Below the pieces are notes generated by a model. That model did not search any database and had not been told where the DNA came from. It saw nothing but the letters and a program-made list of their open reading frames with translations. Shown here piece by piece: positions 11,354-23,241 of a DNA stretch of 38,247 nt. Position 1 is the first letter of the stretch; the number at the start of each line of letters is the position of its first letter. Position numbers and translations under genes: made by a program. Origin of the DNA: Octopus bimaculoides (lineage: Eukaryota); contig NC_068982.1 of NCBI RefSeq assembly GCF_001194135.2, positions 44,903,196 to 44,941,442 on the forward strand, read 5' to 3'.

Positions 11354-11976
11354 GGAGTAGATAGATATATAGATGTGTGTATATACGCAAGCACATAAAT
11401 ATATACATATATACATACACGTGTGTGTGCGTAAATGTATAAGTGCATATATACACACACCCATATATATTTCTCTACATATATATGGCTGTCTCCTCAA
11501 TATTGAGAAGATTTTCATGACATTTTCATCGATGTTTTTTGTTGATGCTTACATTTATTATCACTGTACCTTGTGATGATTTAACATGAGTCGTTATGCT
11601 AATCACAAAATCAGTACTTAGGCCTTAGAGATGATCCTTGCATCAAAAGTCTTTGTTGATCTCTGTCATTTTTTTCTTTTGCTTCTCTATTCTTCAGTTT
11701 ACTGATGTCAAACATGATCTGTTACAGTAAATCCATTGTATGCTTGCCTCAAGTTATCGCAGCCTTCAGTTAGCTCTTTGTAGTAGTTAGGTTGTGTATT
11801 GAATAGAAGAACGGTCTTTTTAATAGAGTCACAAAAGCACTGTTAGGGTGGTGGTGACCTTTTGTACAATCAGAGTACAGGTCTCCCTAGGGTATTATTT
11901 TATTTAGCTTCCATTTCACATGTCCTTGCCATCAAAGTTAATGTTTTTTTCCCTATACCTACTAATATTGTTCACA

Positions 11977-12196
11977 AAGTTGAAGGCGGTGAGCTGACAG
12001 AATCATAAGCACACCAGGCAAAATGCTTAGCAACATTTCATTTGTCTTTACATTCTGAGTTCAAATTCTACCAAGGCTGACTTTGCCTTTCAGCCTTTCA
12101 GGGTCGATAAAATAAGTATCAGTTCAACACTGGGGTCGATGTAAACAACGCATTCCCTCCTCCAAACTTGCTGGCCTTGTGCTAAAATTTGAAATC
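11977..12196 (+). mobile_element. Deu/Nin-core SINE with 13-bp TSD
   Basis: aatattgttcaca at 11964-11976 and 12197-12209 flanks a full SINE. Confidence 0.9.
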
Positions 12197-12482
12197 AATA
12201 TTGTTCACAGATTCACTCTATATTCCAAATGATCATATAGCTGTAGATTTTGCTTATCTGAAAAGTTTCATATACAGAAAGAGCCGTCAATAGGAAATCC
12301 AAGATGTTACCTAACTGTCAGAATAAGTTGATATTTTGCCCAGAATAAATTTTCTGTCAGCTGTGCGTCTTAAGCCAAATTCAAAAATCACAATTGTTTG
12401 GTTGGGTAGTCTCTCTTACTTAGTACCAGTCACCTCTTTAAATGCATGACCTGCCATGACTAACTAATAAGCCATTCAAATC

Positions 12483-12720
12483 CATGTGAGTGGATTTGGT
12501 AAATGGAAACGTGTGTGTGTCTTTGTGTCTGTGTTGTCTCCCACCACCACTTGATAACTGGTGTAGGTCTGCTTATGTAACTTAGTAGTTTGGCAAAAGA
12601 GACAGATAGAATAAGCACCAGGCATAACAAATTATAAGTACTAAGATCAATTCATTTGGCTAAAATTCTTCAAAGTGTTGCCCCAGCATGTCTGCAGTTT
12701 AATGACTGAAACAAGTAAAA
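12483..12720 (+). mobile_element. CORE-type SINE, 3' part
   Basis: gtgagtggatttggt...aacttag...gccccagcatg...aatgactgaaacaagtaaaaga tail, shared with the copies at 27650 and 37500. Confidence 0.75.
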
Positions 12721-12939
12721 GATACATGATACAGTAAATTAAATATATATGCTCGAAATACGAGAGTAGAAAAACAGCCAACAGCTGATGAAGGGTCGTT
12801 CTTTATGTTGTTTGTCTAGTTTCCCATTTGTGTCTTTTGTTGTTCGAAAAAATAGTTCATATTCCATATACTCGTATTTCGTATTTTTTTGTTGTACACG
12901 TTTCATGTCATCCTGTGCCCACATATGCATATATGTATG

Positions 12940-12975
<36 letters not shown>

Positions 12976-13042
12976 CATATAGATGTATGTACATATACGT
13001 ATGCATATATGCATATATATATATGTATATATATTATTTATT

Positions 13043-13093
<51 letters not shown>

Positions 13094-13455
13094 ATATGGG
13101 GTGGTGGATGTGTAGGTATGTAGGTGTGTGTGTGTTTATGTATATGTGGGTGTGTGTGTTTATGTATATGTGGGTGTGTGTATAAATATGTGTGTGTGTA
13201 TAAATATGTGTGTGTTTATAAATATGTGTGCGTGTGTGTGTGTGTTCATTTCTATATTTATTATCTACTGTGATTTTAGAAATTCATTAATCTTTCCTTA
13301 AACATATTATCATGTATCACAAAGCAATATACAATACAGACAGTGACAACTTGAAAATATATTTTTAAAGCCATAATTCTGTTTTTTTTTTTTGTTTTTT
13401 GGGTTTTTTTTTTTTAGCAGCACATTTCACAACAGCTATTAATCTTGTTTTGCAG

Positions 13456-13679
13456 TTGATGATGATGTACGAATAATTCGCCAATGTGCAACATCAGATG
13501 GCAAACTTGGTTGCGAAAGTCGAGTTGGAACCAAAAATATAAAGATGAAATACTGTCTCTGTGACAAAGACCGTTGTAACTCTGCACCAGTGCCAACAAG
13601 TTTTATCTCAAGGTTCCTGTTATATGGATTTGCCAGCATGGTGGTAGTCATCACTAGAACAATGCATAATGTCTTTTGA
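13456..13679 (+). CDS. Terminal coding exon of the same Ly6/quiver-family (Crooked-like) gene: second half of LU domain plus GPI-anchor-type tail
   Basis: Acceptor cttgttttgcag ends at 13455 and is phase-compatible with exon 4283-4429 (G|TT = Val). Translation VDDDVRIIRQCATSDGKLGCESRVGTKNIKMKYCLCDKDRCNSAPVPTSFISRFLLYGFASMVVVITRTMHNVF* gives cysteines 6-10, the CxC...CN Ly6 signature and a hydrophobic C-terminus. Not in the ORF track. Confidence 0.92.
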
Positions 13680-13812
13680 GAAGGCTCTTCAAAGACATCT
13701 TAATAACACGCCAAAATCTTACACAACTGCGGATGGTAATATGAAGAATGATTGAAAATGTTACGTCGAAAATGGAAAGAAAAGAAGAAAAAAATTTTTT
13801 TTTTTCAATACG

Positions 13813-13818
13813 AATAAA
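13813..13818 (+). promoter_or_regulatory. Candidate polyadenylation signal of the Ly6 gene
   Basis: AATAAA about 135 nt after the TGA, with T-rich sequence downstream; more distal signals cannot be excluded. Confidence 0.4.
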
Positions 13819-14164
13819 TGTAAATGAGAACTGGAATGAAAAGTGTAACCAATTTTGCTTTTTTTTTTAATTAAAAATTTTTTTGATATTTTCTTATCTT
13901 TAATTTTTTTACTGTCTTTTCTAGGTTTGTTTGTATTATTTTTCTTTTGTCATTGTTGTCTGTTTAATATAATTTTTGTGTAACGTTTGTATAAATACAT
14001 TTCTTTATATTCATTATATATACATTTATATATGCATGTGTGTATGTATGAGTTTGTATGAATATGTAAGTATGCATATATATATCTATAAATCAATATA
14101 TATATATATATATATATATCCACACACATACACACAAATATATTCTCATGTATATATATGTATG

Positions 14165-14196
<32 letters not shown>

Positions 14197-14326
14197 CTAT
14201 TACCTTTGTGTCTATATGACAAAATATTGCTATTATTTGAAATATTAAAAAAAAAGATAAAATCAAATATACAGCATTTTTATTTCCATTTTTATTATAT
14301 TTCCTTTTCCTTTCCATGTGTACTTG

Positions 14327-14359
<33 letters not shown>

Positions 14360-15089
14360 ACGCGCGTTTGTGTGTGTGTGTGTGCGTTTGTGTGTGTGAG
14401 AGAGAGAGAGAGAGTATAACTCTGTGATTGTGCACATATATGTGTGCGTGTGTGTGTGTGTGTGTGCTTGCGTGCTAGAGAGAGAGAGGGGAGGAGAAGG
14501 AGGAGGAGGTGTGAGCGCGGGAGAGTGTATGTGTTTATGTGCATGTGTCCTTATTAAAGAAAGAAATAAGATATTACCTGAAAGGAAGTTTTAATTTGCA
14601 TACAATTTTATTTTTTACTTTTTGAGTCTTGCAGAAAAGGAGAAATAAAGAATTCTTTCTTTGAAAAATAAAATAATAAAGAAAAAAATCTATGAAAAAT
14701 CTGTTGAATGCTTTTAGAATGACTACTGAGAAAAATTCTGATGGAGTTAGTACTGATTACATAGCTAATTATGAAATAAGGCTTATTGCAAAATGATTGA
14801 GAAATGCATATAAGGTTTTGCTTTTGTTACCTCAAAAATAAAATTATGAAATGGATGAAAAGCAGAATGCAGAGGAAAGCAAAAGGGAAAGCAAATTCCA
14901 TCTGATCTGTTAAATTGTTTTGGGAGAGATGGGTGATGAAACATGACGTCACCTGATCACTTTGTTAATGTTAACTTTTGTTACCTCCAAAATCTCAAGG
15001 GAGTAAATAAGAAATCGGTTATTCTAACTACATTGTATTTTCTAAATAGCATACACACACACATATATATATGTGTGTGTAAGTGCTTG

Positions 15090-15120
15090 TGTAAATAATA
15101 ATAATAATAATAATAATAAC

Positions 15121-15175
<55 letters not shown>

Positions 15176-15228
15176 TGAAAGGACATAATAGAAAGAATAT
15201 TATGGTAATACTAATAATAATACTGAAA

Positions 15229-15296
<68 letters not shown>

Positions 15297-15521
15297 GTAA
15301 TGATAGTGCAATATTCGAATTGAAAGGACAATCTTGTTTGGCTGCTATCAATGTCTTAACAACAACAAATTTTATTGTTGTTTTCAGTGTTGCTGTTGTT
15401 GGTGGTGTTGTTATTGTTTTTACTGTTGATGATGGTGGTGGCGATGGTGGTATTGGTGGCAGTGGCAGTAGTGATGGTAGTGGTGGTGGTGGTGCCAATG
15501 GTAATGATGATGATTTTGTTC

Positions 15522-15590
<69 letters not shown>

Positions 15591-15600
15591 ATTATTATCA
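15090..15600. repeat. Compound (AAT)n / (GGT)n / (ATT)n microsatellite cluster
   Basis: Directly visible; it generates the poly-I/L/Y/N ORFs in the track. Confidence 0.95.
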
Positions 15601-15602
15601 TT

Positions 15603-15810
15603 ATTAATGGGCTGGCAGAATCATTAGAGCATCAGACAAAATGCTTTGTAGTATTTGTTGTGGCTCTTTTACATTCTTAAGTTCAAATCCCTCCAATATC
15701 AATTTTGCCTTTCGTTTTTCCAGGGCCAATAAATAGTCAACAACCGAAATCAATTTAACTGACCAACTCTTCCCCTCCAAATTTGTGGCCTCGCACCTAA
15801 GTAGGAAGTT
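15603..15810 (+). mobile_element. Deu/Nin-core SINE embedded in (ATT)n
   Basis: gctggcagaatcattagagca...gttcaaatc...ttttgcctttc...tttgtggcctcg. Confidence 0.75.
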
Positions 15811-15836
15811 TTTATCATTATTATTATTATTACCAA

Positions 15837-15879
<43 letters not shown>

Positions 15880-16858
15880 GTTATTATTATTATTATTATT
15901 ATCACCATTATTAACTAAGTGAGGTATGGTCTCAACTTACATGTATATTTTTTCTGATCAGTATGGGATTTCATTTCTCTTGTTATAAATAAAACAAATG
16001 CCAGTAATATACACATATATATATANNNNNNNNNNNNNNNNNNNNNNNNNNNNNNNNNNNNNNNNNNNNNNNNNNNNNNNNNNNNNNNNNNNNNNNNNNN
16101 NNNNNNNNNNNNNNNNNACATGTATGTATGTATGTATGTATGATGCTCATACATAAATGTATAATACTTTCATATACCTATATGCATATATTCCAAAAAA
16201 TTTTATCAAATAAGTGTTCTGAGATACAAAAATATTATCAATAACTATAGTTATAACCACCAGTATCAGAATGATGACAGACATTTGTCACCCAAAATAT
16301 ATTACAGTATTTTAATGTCAAATTTATTGGATGTCATCTTTATTGTTAATTTTTAAGTTAAAATTTACCACCTGGGTCAGCTTTGGCTTTTGTTTCTCCA
16401 AGTATATTAAGACATTTTTTAGTAACATACTGAGATCAATTTAATAAACTATTGTAAGTTAAAGAATCTATTCTTTTTTTTATTAATGTTGTCTAGATTT
16501 TTTTTATTTTCCTTGTATTGTATTTTATTTTTACAGTTTGCTTCTCTCTGGAGAAAAAAAGTATATACTAAGTTTCTATTGAAATAATGCTGATACTAGC
16601 ATGTGTGTGTGTGTGTATGTGTGTGTGTGTGTGTGTGTGTTTATGCATGCACACAAGTCTGTATGTCTGCATGAAAAAGAAAGAGAGAGTTACCAATATT
16701 GTGCTCTTCTCTTTATATTATAGTTAGATATTTTTAAAAATCCATACAGCCTAGATTAGTCTGTATAAACAACTATCTTGTTTGAAAACCTTTCCATCAG
16801 ATGCATGTTGACAATGACTCAAAAGTTTCTGACTCTCAATTATCAATACTACTACAAC

Positions 16859-16894
<36 letters not shown>

Positions 16895-16896
<2 letters not shown>

Positions 16897-17420
16897 CAAT
16901 ACCAGGTACTAGCTCTCATGGCTTCTGATATTGACTGATTGGAAGTGTTATCATGTATATGTCTTGTCTTGGTATAAAAGATGGGCTACAGCAAATATTC
17001 TGCTCAATACCACAGATTTGTTTGTCAGTTGTTTGACTTTAACCAGTTGAGCATGCCCCTTAGTGGCTGACAATATGTGCATCTCTGATCACGAGCAGAA
17101 GTAGTGGGGGAGCATCATAGCTATATGTCAAGAGGAATTGTTGGGGGTTTGAATAATTCACCTCTGTAAACATGGGTGTTTCATTCGACATCCTTAAACA
17201 ACCCTTACTCAGGGATGTTTTCAGTGGGATGGGCTACTCAACCGGAAGAAAATTCTGACTGGACTCCACCAGCAAGGTCATGCGTTGTTTATCTTGATAT
17301 GAGATCACCATGTCACCCACATATAGTTGTGATGCATGTGCCTGGTGTACCTTTATCAGACAGGTAGTCGTATATTTGTATCCCAGTGTCACTTTGACGG
17401 CATGCACTGCTTTCTCACTC
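16895..17420. repeat. Unclassified interspersed repeat flanked by (AAT)n
   Basis: More GC-balanced block between two (AAT)n tracts; resembles an abundant octopus repeat from memory; no ORF. Confidence 0.45.
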
Positions 17421-17429
17421 AATAACAAT

Positions 17430-17492
<63 letters not shown>

Positions 17493-17493
<1 letters not shown>

Positions 17494-17660
17494 GCTGCAA
17501 TAAGGGTGGAGCACTTGCAGAAAACAGCACTGCTTAGAACCACTCGAATACTCCGGATGGTGCTCGAAAAATAAGGGGTGTTACATTACCTTAGTTCACT
17601 GGTAGTTAACAGCTGGCACTATGGTACTACTCCAGTGTTAGAAGCTGTGCAAAGACAATA
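17493..17660 (+). mobile_element. 3' end of an R4/Dong-like (restriction-like endonuclease) non-LTR retrotransposon inserted in (TAA)n
   Basis: AAIRVEHLQKTALLRTTRILRMVLEK* (17494-17574) matches the C-terminal LQKxxLLGTxRILRxVL motif; short 3' UTR; (AAT)n on both sides. Confidence 0.7.
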
Positions 17661-17703
<43 letters not shown>

Positions 17704-17924
17704 GTAAATTTTCTTTATTAGCCACAAGCTCTCAAAGAGATACAATAATAAACAATAAATGCTAAACAGGGTAATCACTAAGTGCTGGATACAACAAGTA
17801 TGTTATACAAAGCCAAGGGTAAGGGTTGGAAGAGGATATACACTTAAAGTAAAAGCTTACCCTTGTAAAACATTCATTAAATAATAATACTAGTTGATAC
17901 TTAATTAGTTACCGACCCATACCT

Positions 17925-18365
17925 TGTGTGTTTGTACATCAGGCAGCAGCTCTCCTCCTGCATTCTTGATTAGTTGCATACTCTTCAATATTTTTCCCCT
18001 CTATCTATTGACAGCCTTCATTCTCCTGAAAATTTCAATATATCTCATGGTTTTCCCTATTACCTTCTTTTTCCTCTTGTTGTCCATATCAATGCCTTTT
18101 TTTTTTTTTTTTTTTTTTTTCCTTTTGTTTTCATATCAGTAATCTGGCTGCCACGGAATATGATCAGTCAGTCACACAGTCTTCATTGTGTTACTGATTT
18201 GCATAGACGTCACAATGATATTCTTCATAAGATTCCTTCATTTCTGATATGGTCAGGATACAAAATTCTCAGGATTTTCCTCAAGCACCTTTAATTTTGG
18301 TGACTTCTACAGTTTTCTTCCATGTTTTACTTTCACATTCTAACTTATTGGTACAGAAGTACCTA
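17925..18365 (-). mobile_element. RTE-clade LINE C-terminal remnant
   Basis: Minus strand VLLY..ECESKTWKK..., CLRKILRILYPDHIRNEGIL*R, ALIWTTRGKRR..GKP; frameshifted and interrupted by a poly(T) run. Confidence 0.78.
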
Positions 18366-18494
18366 GGTATTTTGTAATAATACATATACTTTAATGATGA
18401 TGATAACGATGATGGTGTTGCTACCACTGCTGCTCATGACGATGATGATGATGATGATGATGATAATTTTTGTTGCTATTATTATCATTTGGCA

Positions 18495-18680
18495 AGGGCT
18501 GTGGATTGGCAGAATCATTAGAGGGTCAGAAAAAAATGTTTCACAATATTTGTTCCAGCTGTTTGCATCATGAGTTCAACTTTGCCTTTCATCCATTTGG
18601 GGTTGATAAAATGAAATACCAATCAAGTACTGAGATTGATAGTATTTTCTTAAAACTACTGGCCTTGTGCCTAAATTATT
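18495..18680 (+). mobile_element. Deu/Nin-core SINE
   Basis: ttggcagaatcattag...tgagttcaactttgcctttcatccatttggggttgataaaatgaaatacc. Confidence 0.75.
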
Positions 18681-18688
18681 AAAAAACA

Positions 18689-18730
<42 letters not shown>

Positions 18731-19798
18731 TAGCCGAACAATTAAACTGTCAAACAAAATGCCTTGTGACCTTTGTTCCAGCTCTTTACGTTGAATTCAA
18801 ATCATGAAAACATACACTACGTCTTTAAAAAAGACAGAATAGTCATGGCTGGAATGCTTTTGATTATAGGTCTGGTCAATCAAAGCTGCCCTGAGTCACA
18901 ACAATGACAACAGCTGCAGCAATTAAAATTGCTTTTGAAGAATGAAATGATTGACTTACAAAGCTATCAACCAATCAATAAGTATTTATCCATTTATGTA
19001 CATCTAGCAGTCCTTTTCTTAATACCAACCATATTTATATCATGTTAGCTCTTTTATTTTATTATACATATATATATGTGTTGAGTAAAACACTGGCACA
19101 GTTTGGGCTACCTGGTGTCATCTGCAATTGAGGTATATTTCCGTTGGATCTACTTCAGGAATTTCACAGTGTTAGTTGAGATAATGATATTTGATTAAGT
19201 AACCAGAAAATTATGGATTTGGTATTAGTCTTTATTTTGTACGATGATTGTTTCAACCCATCCTGCCACTGTCCCTTATGGGTGGAATTCTGTGTATCAT
19301 GTTGTGTTACATCCATTTTACAGTCATGATCACATCAGGTACATCCATTCATAAAGTGGTGTCTCACTAAAGATCGTGAGTTTAGGTAGTCATGTTGTTA
19401 TTTGTCCATCGAGTTATAAAGGTTTTTTCGATGGGAGTTATAGTACTGAGAAAAATGTAATATTTTAAAACAAAATTGATTAAATAGCAAAAGAGCAACC
19501 CAATATATTCTTAAAACTCCAAATAGATACCTGATATAAAGTTAGGAAGTAAAGGAAAATAATATCAAAAAATTGATCTATAATTAACAACCATTGAGAT
19601 ATTGACAGTATAAGCTAAATGGTAAAATTTTTGAGCAAAAACCAAATCAATAATGGAACAATATTACAGAATATTGTCTGGTTATACTAATTTCTTTAAA
19701 TTTTGGATTTATATTTTAGTATGTGATCATTTTCTCCATTCTTCTTTACAAGTTAATCTTCAGAGACCCCGGGACAGTTGCCATCAATGTATCAAGAC

Positions 19799-20309
19799 TT
19801 AACCCTCTAGCATTCAGATTACTCTGTCAAATGTAATGCTTATTTATTCATATTGTTTTGAATTAATCCTGCATTATCTCATAGCTTCAAGACCTCTTAT
19901 TTTCGAAATAACATAGCTCAGTAGTTCATATAATATTTTTGGGGTCAATGCAACAAAATAGTAAATTGGGATCCACAATAGCATTTTAAGGGCCTCTAAA
20001 AAAGACTTTGCTTTAGATGTATGTATTGGTATGAATTGCAAGAAACAGCTAGGTTTCTTTCTCTGACGTTTTACACAGTCCAGCCTACACAAGTTAATGA
20101 GTGAAAAACAAAATACTAACTTGAAAGAAGCATCTATAAAGCTAGTTTTTAAACATTAAATGGCTATGGGGGTCTACCAGAATAAAATAGTTATCAAAAG
20201 GGTCTATAGGTAAAAAAAATGGTTGAGAACCCCTGATCTAGCTAGTTTCAGCATAAAACAAGAAGAATATTTGAGCTGGACAAGGCTGGTTTAAATGCTA
20301 AAAGGTTAC
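19799..20309. mobile_element. piggyBac-like MITE interrupted by a hAT-like MITE fragment (~19890-20235)
   Basis: ttaaccctctagcattca... left end and ...gaatatttgagctgga...gctaaaaggtta right end match 6343-6557; the inner part ends ggttgagaacccctg like the hAT MITE family. Confidence 0.75.
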
Positions 20310-20564
20310 ACCAGAACTTGAAATATCAAATATATTTGATTTTATACAATGATAAAACAGTTGGTTTGATTTTAAATTGATTTGCCTTTTTATTCAATGC
20401 ATTTGACTAGAGCCAACTAAAGTAATATTTTCTTCTCAACTTGCCGCTCTGAAAAATTACAATAATATCAAGTAAATCTTTTATCATCACCATCACCATT
20501 ATTGTTACCATCATCATCATTATGCTCAGTATCATCTTTAGCATTAGAATCATTGTCACATACT

Positions 20565-20639
20565 TCATTCCAGAGCAGCTCTTGCACAATATACAATAAA
20601 TTTGCATAAATGTAAATTTTTCTCATATAAGTGTAATTC
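20565..20639 (-). CDS. Candidate terminal or penultimate coding exon of an unidentified minus-strand gene
   Basis: Minus-strand acceptor ccattttttgcag; frame 0 reads ELHLYEKNLHLCKFIVYCARAALE*. A second frame (NYTYMRKIYIYANLLYIVQELLWNE) is open to a GAA|gtatgt donor at 20563. A minus-strand AATAAA lies at 20389-20394. No homologue recognised. Confidence 0.4.
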   Translation of the reverse strand, partial: ELHLYEKNLHLCKFIVYCARAALE

Positions 20640-21177
20640 CTGCAAAAAATGGATTACTCTAAAGAGGTAAATTTGCATATATTATAATTGATATATATTG
20701 ATNNNNNNNNNNNNNNNNNNNNNNNNNNNNNNNNNNNNNNNNNNNNNNNNNNNNNNNNNNNNNNNNNNNNNNNNNNNNNNNNNNNNNNNNNNNNNNNNNN
20801 NNNNNNNNNNNNNNNNNNNNNNNNNNNNNNNNNNNNNNNNNNNNNNNNNNNNNNNNNNNNNNNNNNNNNNNNNNNNNNNNNNNNTATATATATATATATA
20901 TGTATATCCACATGTGTGTGAGTACAGTAAAATAAGGGTAGAAAGGATGATTGTTCATATATGTGTATGTGTCTATAATGTGTCATATCTAATGGGTCCT
21001 ATCATAAATCTTGGTATAAAATATGCTAATTTACAAATTATCACTCTAGCCTTGTTACAACAAATAAATCTTAGTCTTTGCAGAACTTGTTACAATATTT
21101 AACAATAGGATGTGTAAGAAATTCCAATTGGTTAAATTTTTATCATCATCATCTTCATCATCATCATCATCAAAATG

Positions 21178-21372
21178 TCAAGCTGGCACACCGAACAAAA
21201 TGCTGCTATGCATTTTGTCTGTCTTTGCATTCTGAGTTCAAATTCCACCAATGTCAACTTTGCCTTTCATCTTTTAAGGTCAATAAAATAAAAACCAGTT
21301 GAACACTGGGGTTGACGTGATTGATTTCCCCCCTCCCCCAAATTTGCTGGCCTCATGCCAAAATTTTAAATC
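21178..21372 (+). mobile_element. Deu/Nin-core SINE with (ATT)n tail
   Basis: ctgagttcaaattcc...aactttgcctttcatc...aaccagttgaacactggggg. Confidence 0.8.
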
Positions 21373-21400
21373 ATCATCATTATTATTATTATTATTATTA

Positions 21401-21444
<44 letters not shown>

Positions 21445-21883
21445 AATATATGTATGAAAATTATCAAAGGAAACAAAAATTACCTCCATTAAAACTGTTA
21501 CTCATTAAAATACAAAATGAATAATAATAATAGATTTATTCTTAACCTTTTTGTTATCATATTTCTGTGGAAAAACACTGCCTTTGTTTTAATTAATGTT
21601 GAAAGAATTTTTGTAACATAACATTGTCATAACCAATCTGATGTTTGGAACATAGCTTAACATGAAATTTTAATAGTTTTTTTTTTTGTATGTGTGTTTT
21701 TTTTAGTTTTTTTTAATCACTTAAAAACAAGAAGTTTATATTATAGAAACAAAAGCAGTCTCTGGTGAGTTGGTATGAAAAGAGTTCAAATTTTAGCTAA
21801 TAAAAAATGGTCCTGGATATTTTGAAATAATGACTATTTTAGGGCAAAACACTGTTTAATTATTGTTTTTTTTAATCATTGAT

Positions 21884-22100
21884 GGTGGCAAGCTAGCCAA
21901 ATAGTTAGTACACCAGACAAAATGCTTTGTGGCATTTCTTTTGGCTTTATATTCTGAGTTCAAATTCTGTTGAGGTTGACTTTGCCTTTTATCCTTTCAG
22001 GATTGATAAAATAAGTACCAGTCATGTACTGGGGACCAATGTAATTGACTAGCTCCCTGTCCCAAAATTTCGGGCCTTGTGTCTATAGCTGAAGAGATTA
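21884..22100 (+). mobile_element. Deu/Nin-core SINE
   Basis: ggtggcaagctagcc...ctgagttcaaattctgttgaggttgactttgccttttatcctttcagg...ggccttgtgtctatag. Confidence 0.85.
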
Positions 22101-22239
22101 TTTTTTAATGCCTGAAAAATTATAGATAAAAAATAAAAAAATGAAAAATACATTACAAATACAAAAAGATAACAAACAAAGTGTTTTTACTAAATTACAT
22201 TTTGTGTATTATACATATTCTTAATATTTCAATTAAAAA

Positions 22240-22459
22240 AAAATGGTAGCAAGCTGGCAGAATCCTCAGCATGCCGGACAAATGCTTTGCAGCATTTCGT
22301 CCCTTTTTAAGTTCTGAGATTCAAATGCTGCCAAGGTCAACTTTACCTTTCATCCTTTCAGGGTTGATAAAATAAGTACCAGTGAAATACTGGGGGTCGA
22401 TGCAATCGACTAGCCCTCTCCCCCCTGAACTTGCTGGTGTTGAGCCAAAATTTGAAATC
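22240..22459 (+). mobile_element. Deu/Nin-core SINE with 12-bp TSD
   Basis: aatatttcaatt at 22223-22234 and 22460-22471. Confidence 0.88.
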
Positions 22460-23001
22460 AATATTTCAATTCAAAATGTATCTCTATATAATTTTCTCTT
22501 TATTTTTTAAATAAATATTGCATGATATTTCTTTAAATATTGTTTAAATATTGTTTGGTTGGTTGACTGGCTGGTTGGCTGGTTGGCTGGTTGGTTGGTT
22601 GGTTGGTTGGTTGGTTGGTTGGTTAGTTGGTTTTGATGTTAATTGATTTACATTTTGTAATGTTTATTNNNNNNNNNNNNNNNNNNNNNNNNNNNNNNNN
22701 NNNNNNNNNNNNNNNNNNNNNNNNNNNNNNNNNNNNNNNNNNNNNNNNNNNNNNNNNNNNNNNNNNNNNNNNNNNNNNNNNNNNNNNNNNNNNNNNNNNN
22801 NNNNNNNNNNNNNNNNNNNNNNNNNNNNNNNNNNNNNNNNNNNNNNNNNNNNNNNNNNNNNNNNNNNNNNNNNNNNNNNNNNNNNNNNNNNNNNNNNNNN
22901 NNNNNNNNNNNNNNNNNNNNNNNNNNNNNNNNNNNNNNNNNNNNNNNNNNNNNNNNNNNNNNNNNNNNNNNNNNNNNNNNNNNNNNNNNNNNNNNNNNNN
23001 N

Positions 23002-23047
<46 letters not shown>

Positions 23048-23214
23048 TGTGTGTGTGCATATATATATATGTACATATACATAAACAACTTATTGCTTGT
23101 TTGTTAAAGCAAAAAGCAAGACAGGAATCATAAAATTTAAATTCTGTTATGTACATATTTTAGAATTTCACATTTATCCATGTTATTTGTCAAAAATAGT
23201 GTATTATTTCTTAC

Positions 23215-23241
23215 TTTCAATTTTCTTTTTAGAAATATTAT
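23215..23241 (-). CDS. Candidate 27-nt micro-exon (IIFLKRKLK) of the minus-strand gene
   Basis: Minus strand reads gatttttcag|ATAATATTTCTAAAAAGAAAATTGAAA|gtaaga; strong splice signals; phase 0-0 frame is open. Confidence 0.3.

Larger units (their letters stand above)
4430..13455 (+). other. 9,026-bp GT-AG intron of the Ly6 gene, filled with SINEs, MITEs, LINE fragments and microsatellites
   Basis: gtaagt...ttgcag; joining the flanking exons gives an uninterrupted 10-Cys LU domain. Two N gaps lie inside it. Confidence 0.85.

Noticed and set aside
14594-14951. Octamer ATTTGCAT (14594-14601) and CRE TGACGTCA (14944-14951) motifs
   Set aside because: Single 8-mers are expected by chance in 38 kb; no supporting context.
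15211-15680. Pro-rich, Gly-rich and poly-Ile ORFs
   Set aside because: Compound trinucleotide microsatellites with no splice or domain support.
19160-19320. ~50-codon minus-strand open frame in non-repetitive DNA
   Set aside because: No convincing splice sites or recognisable motif.
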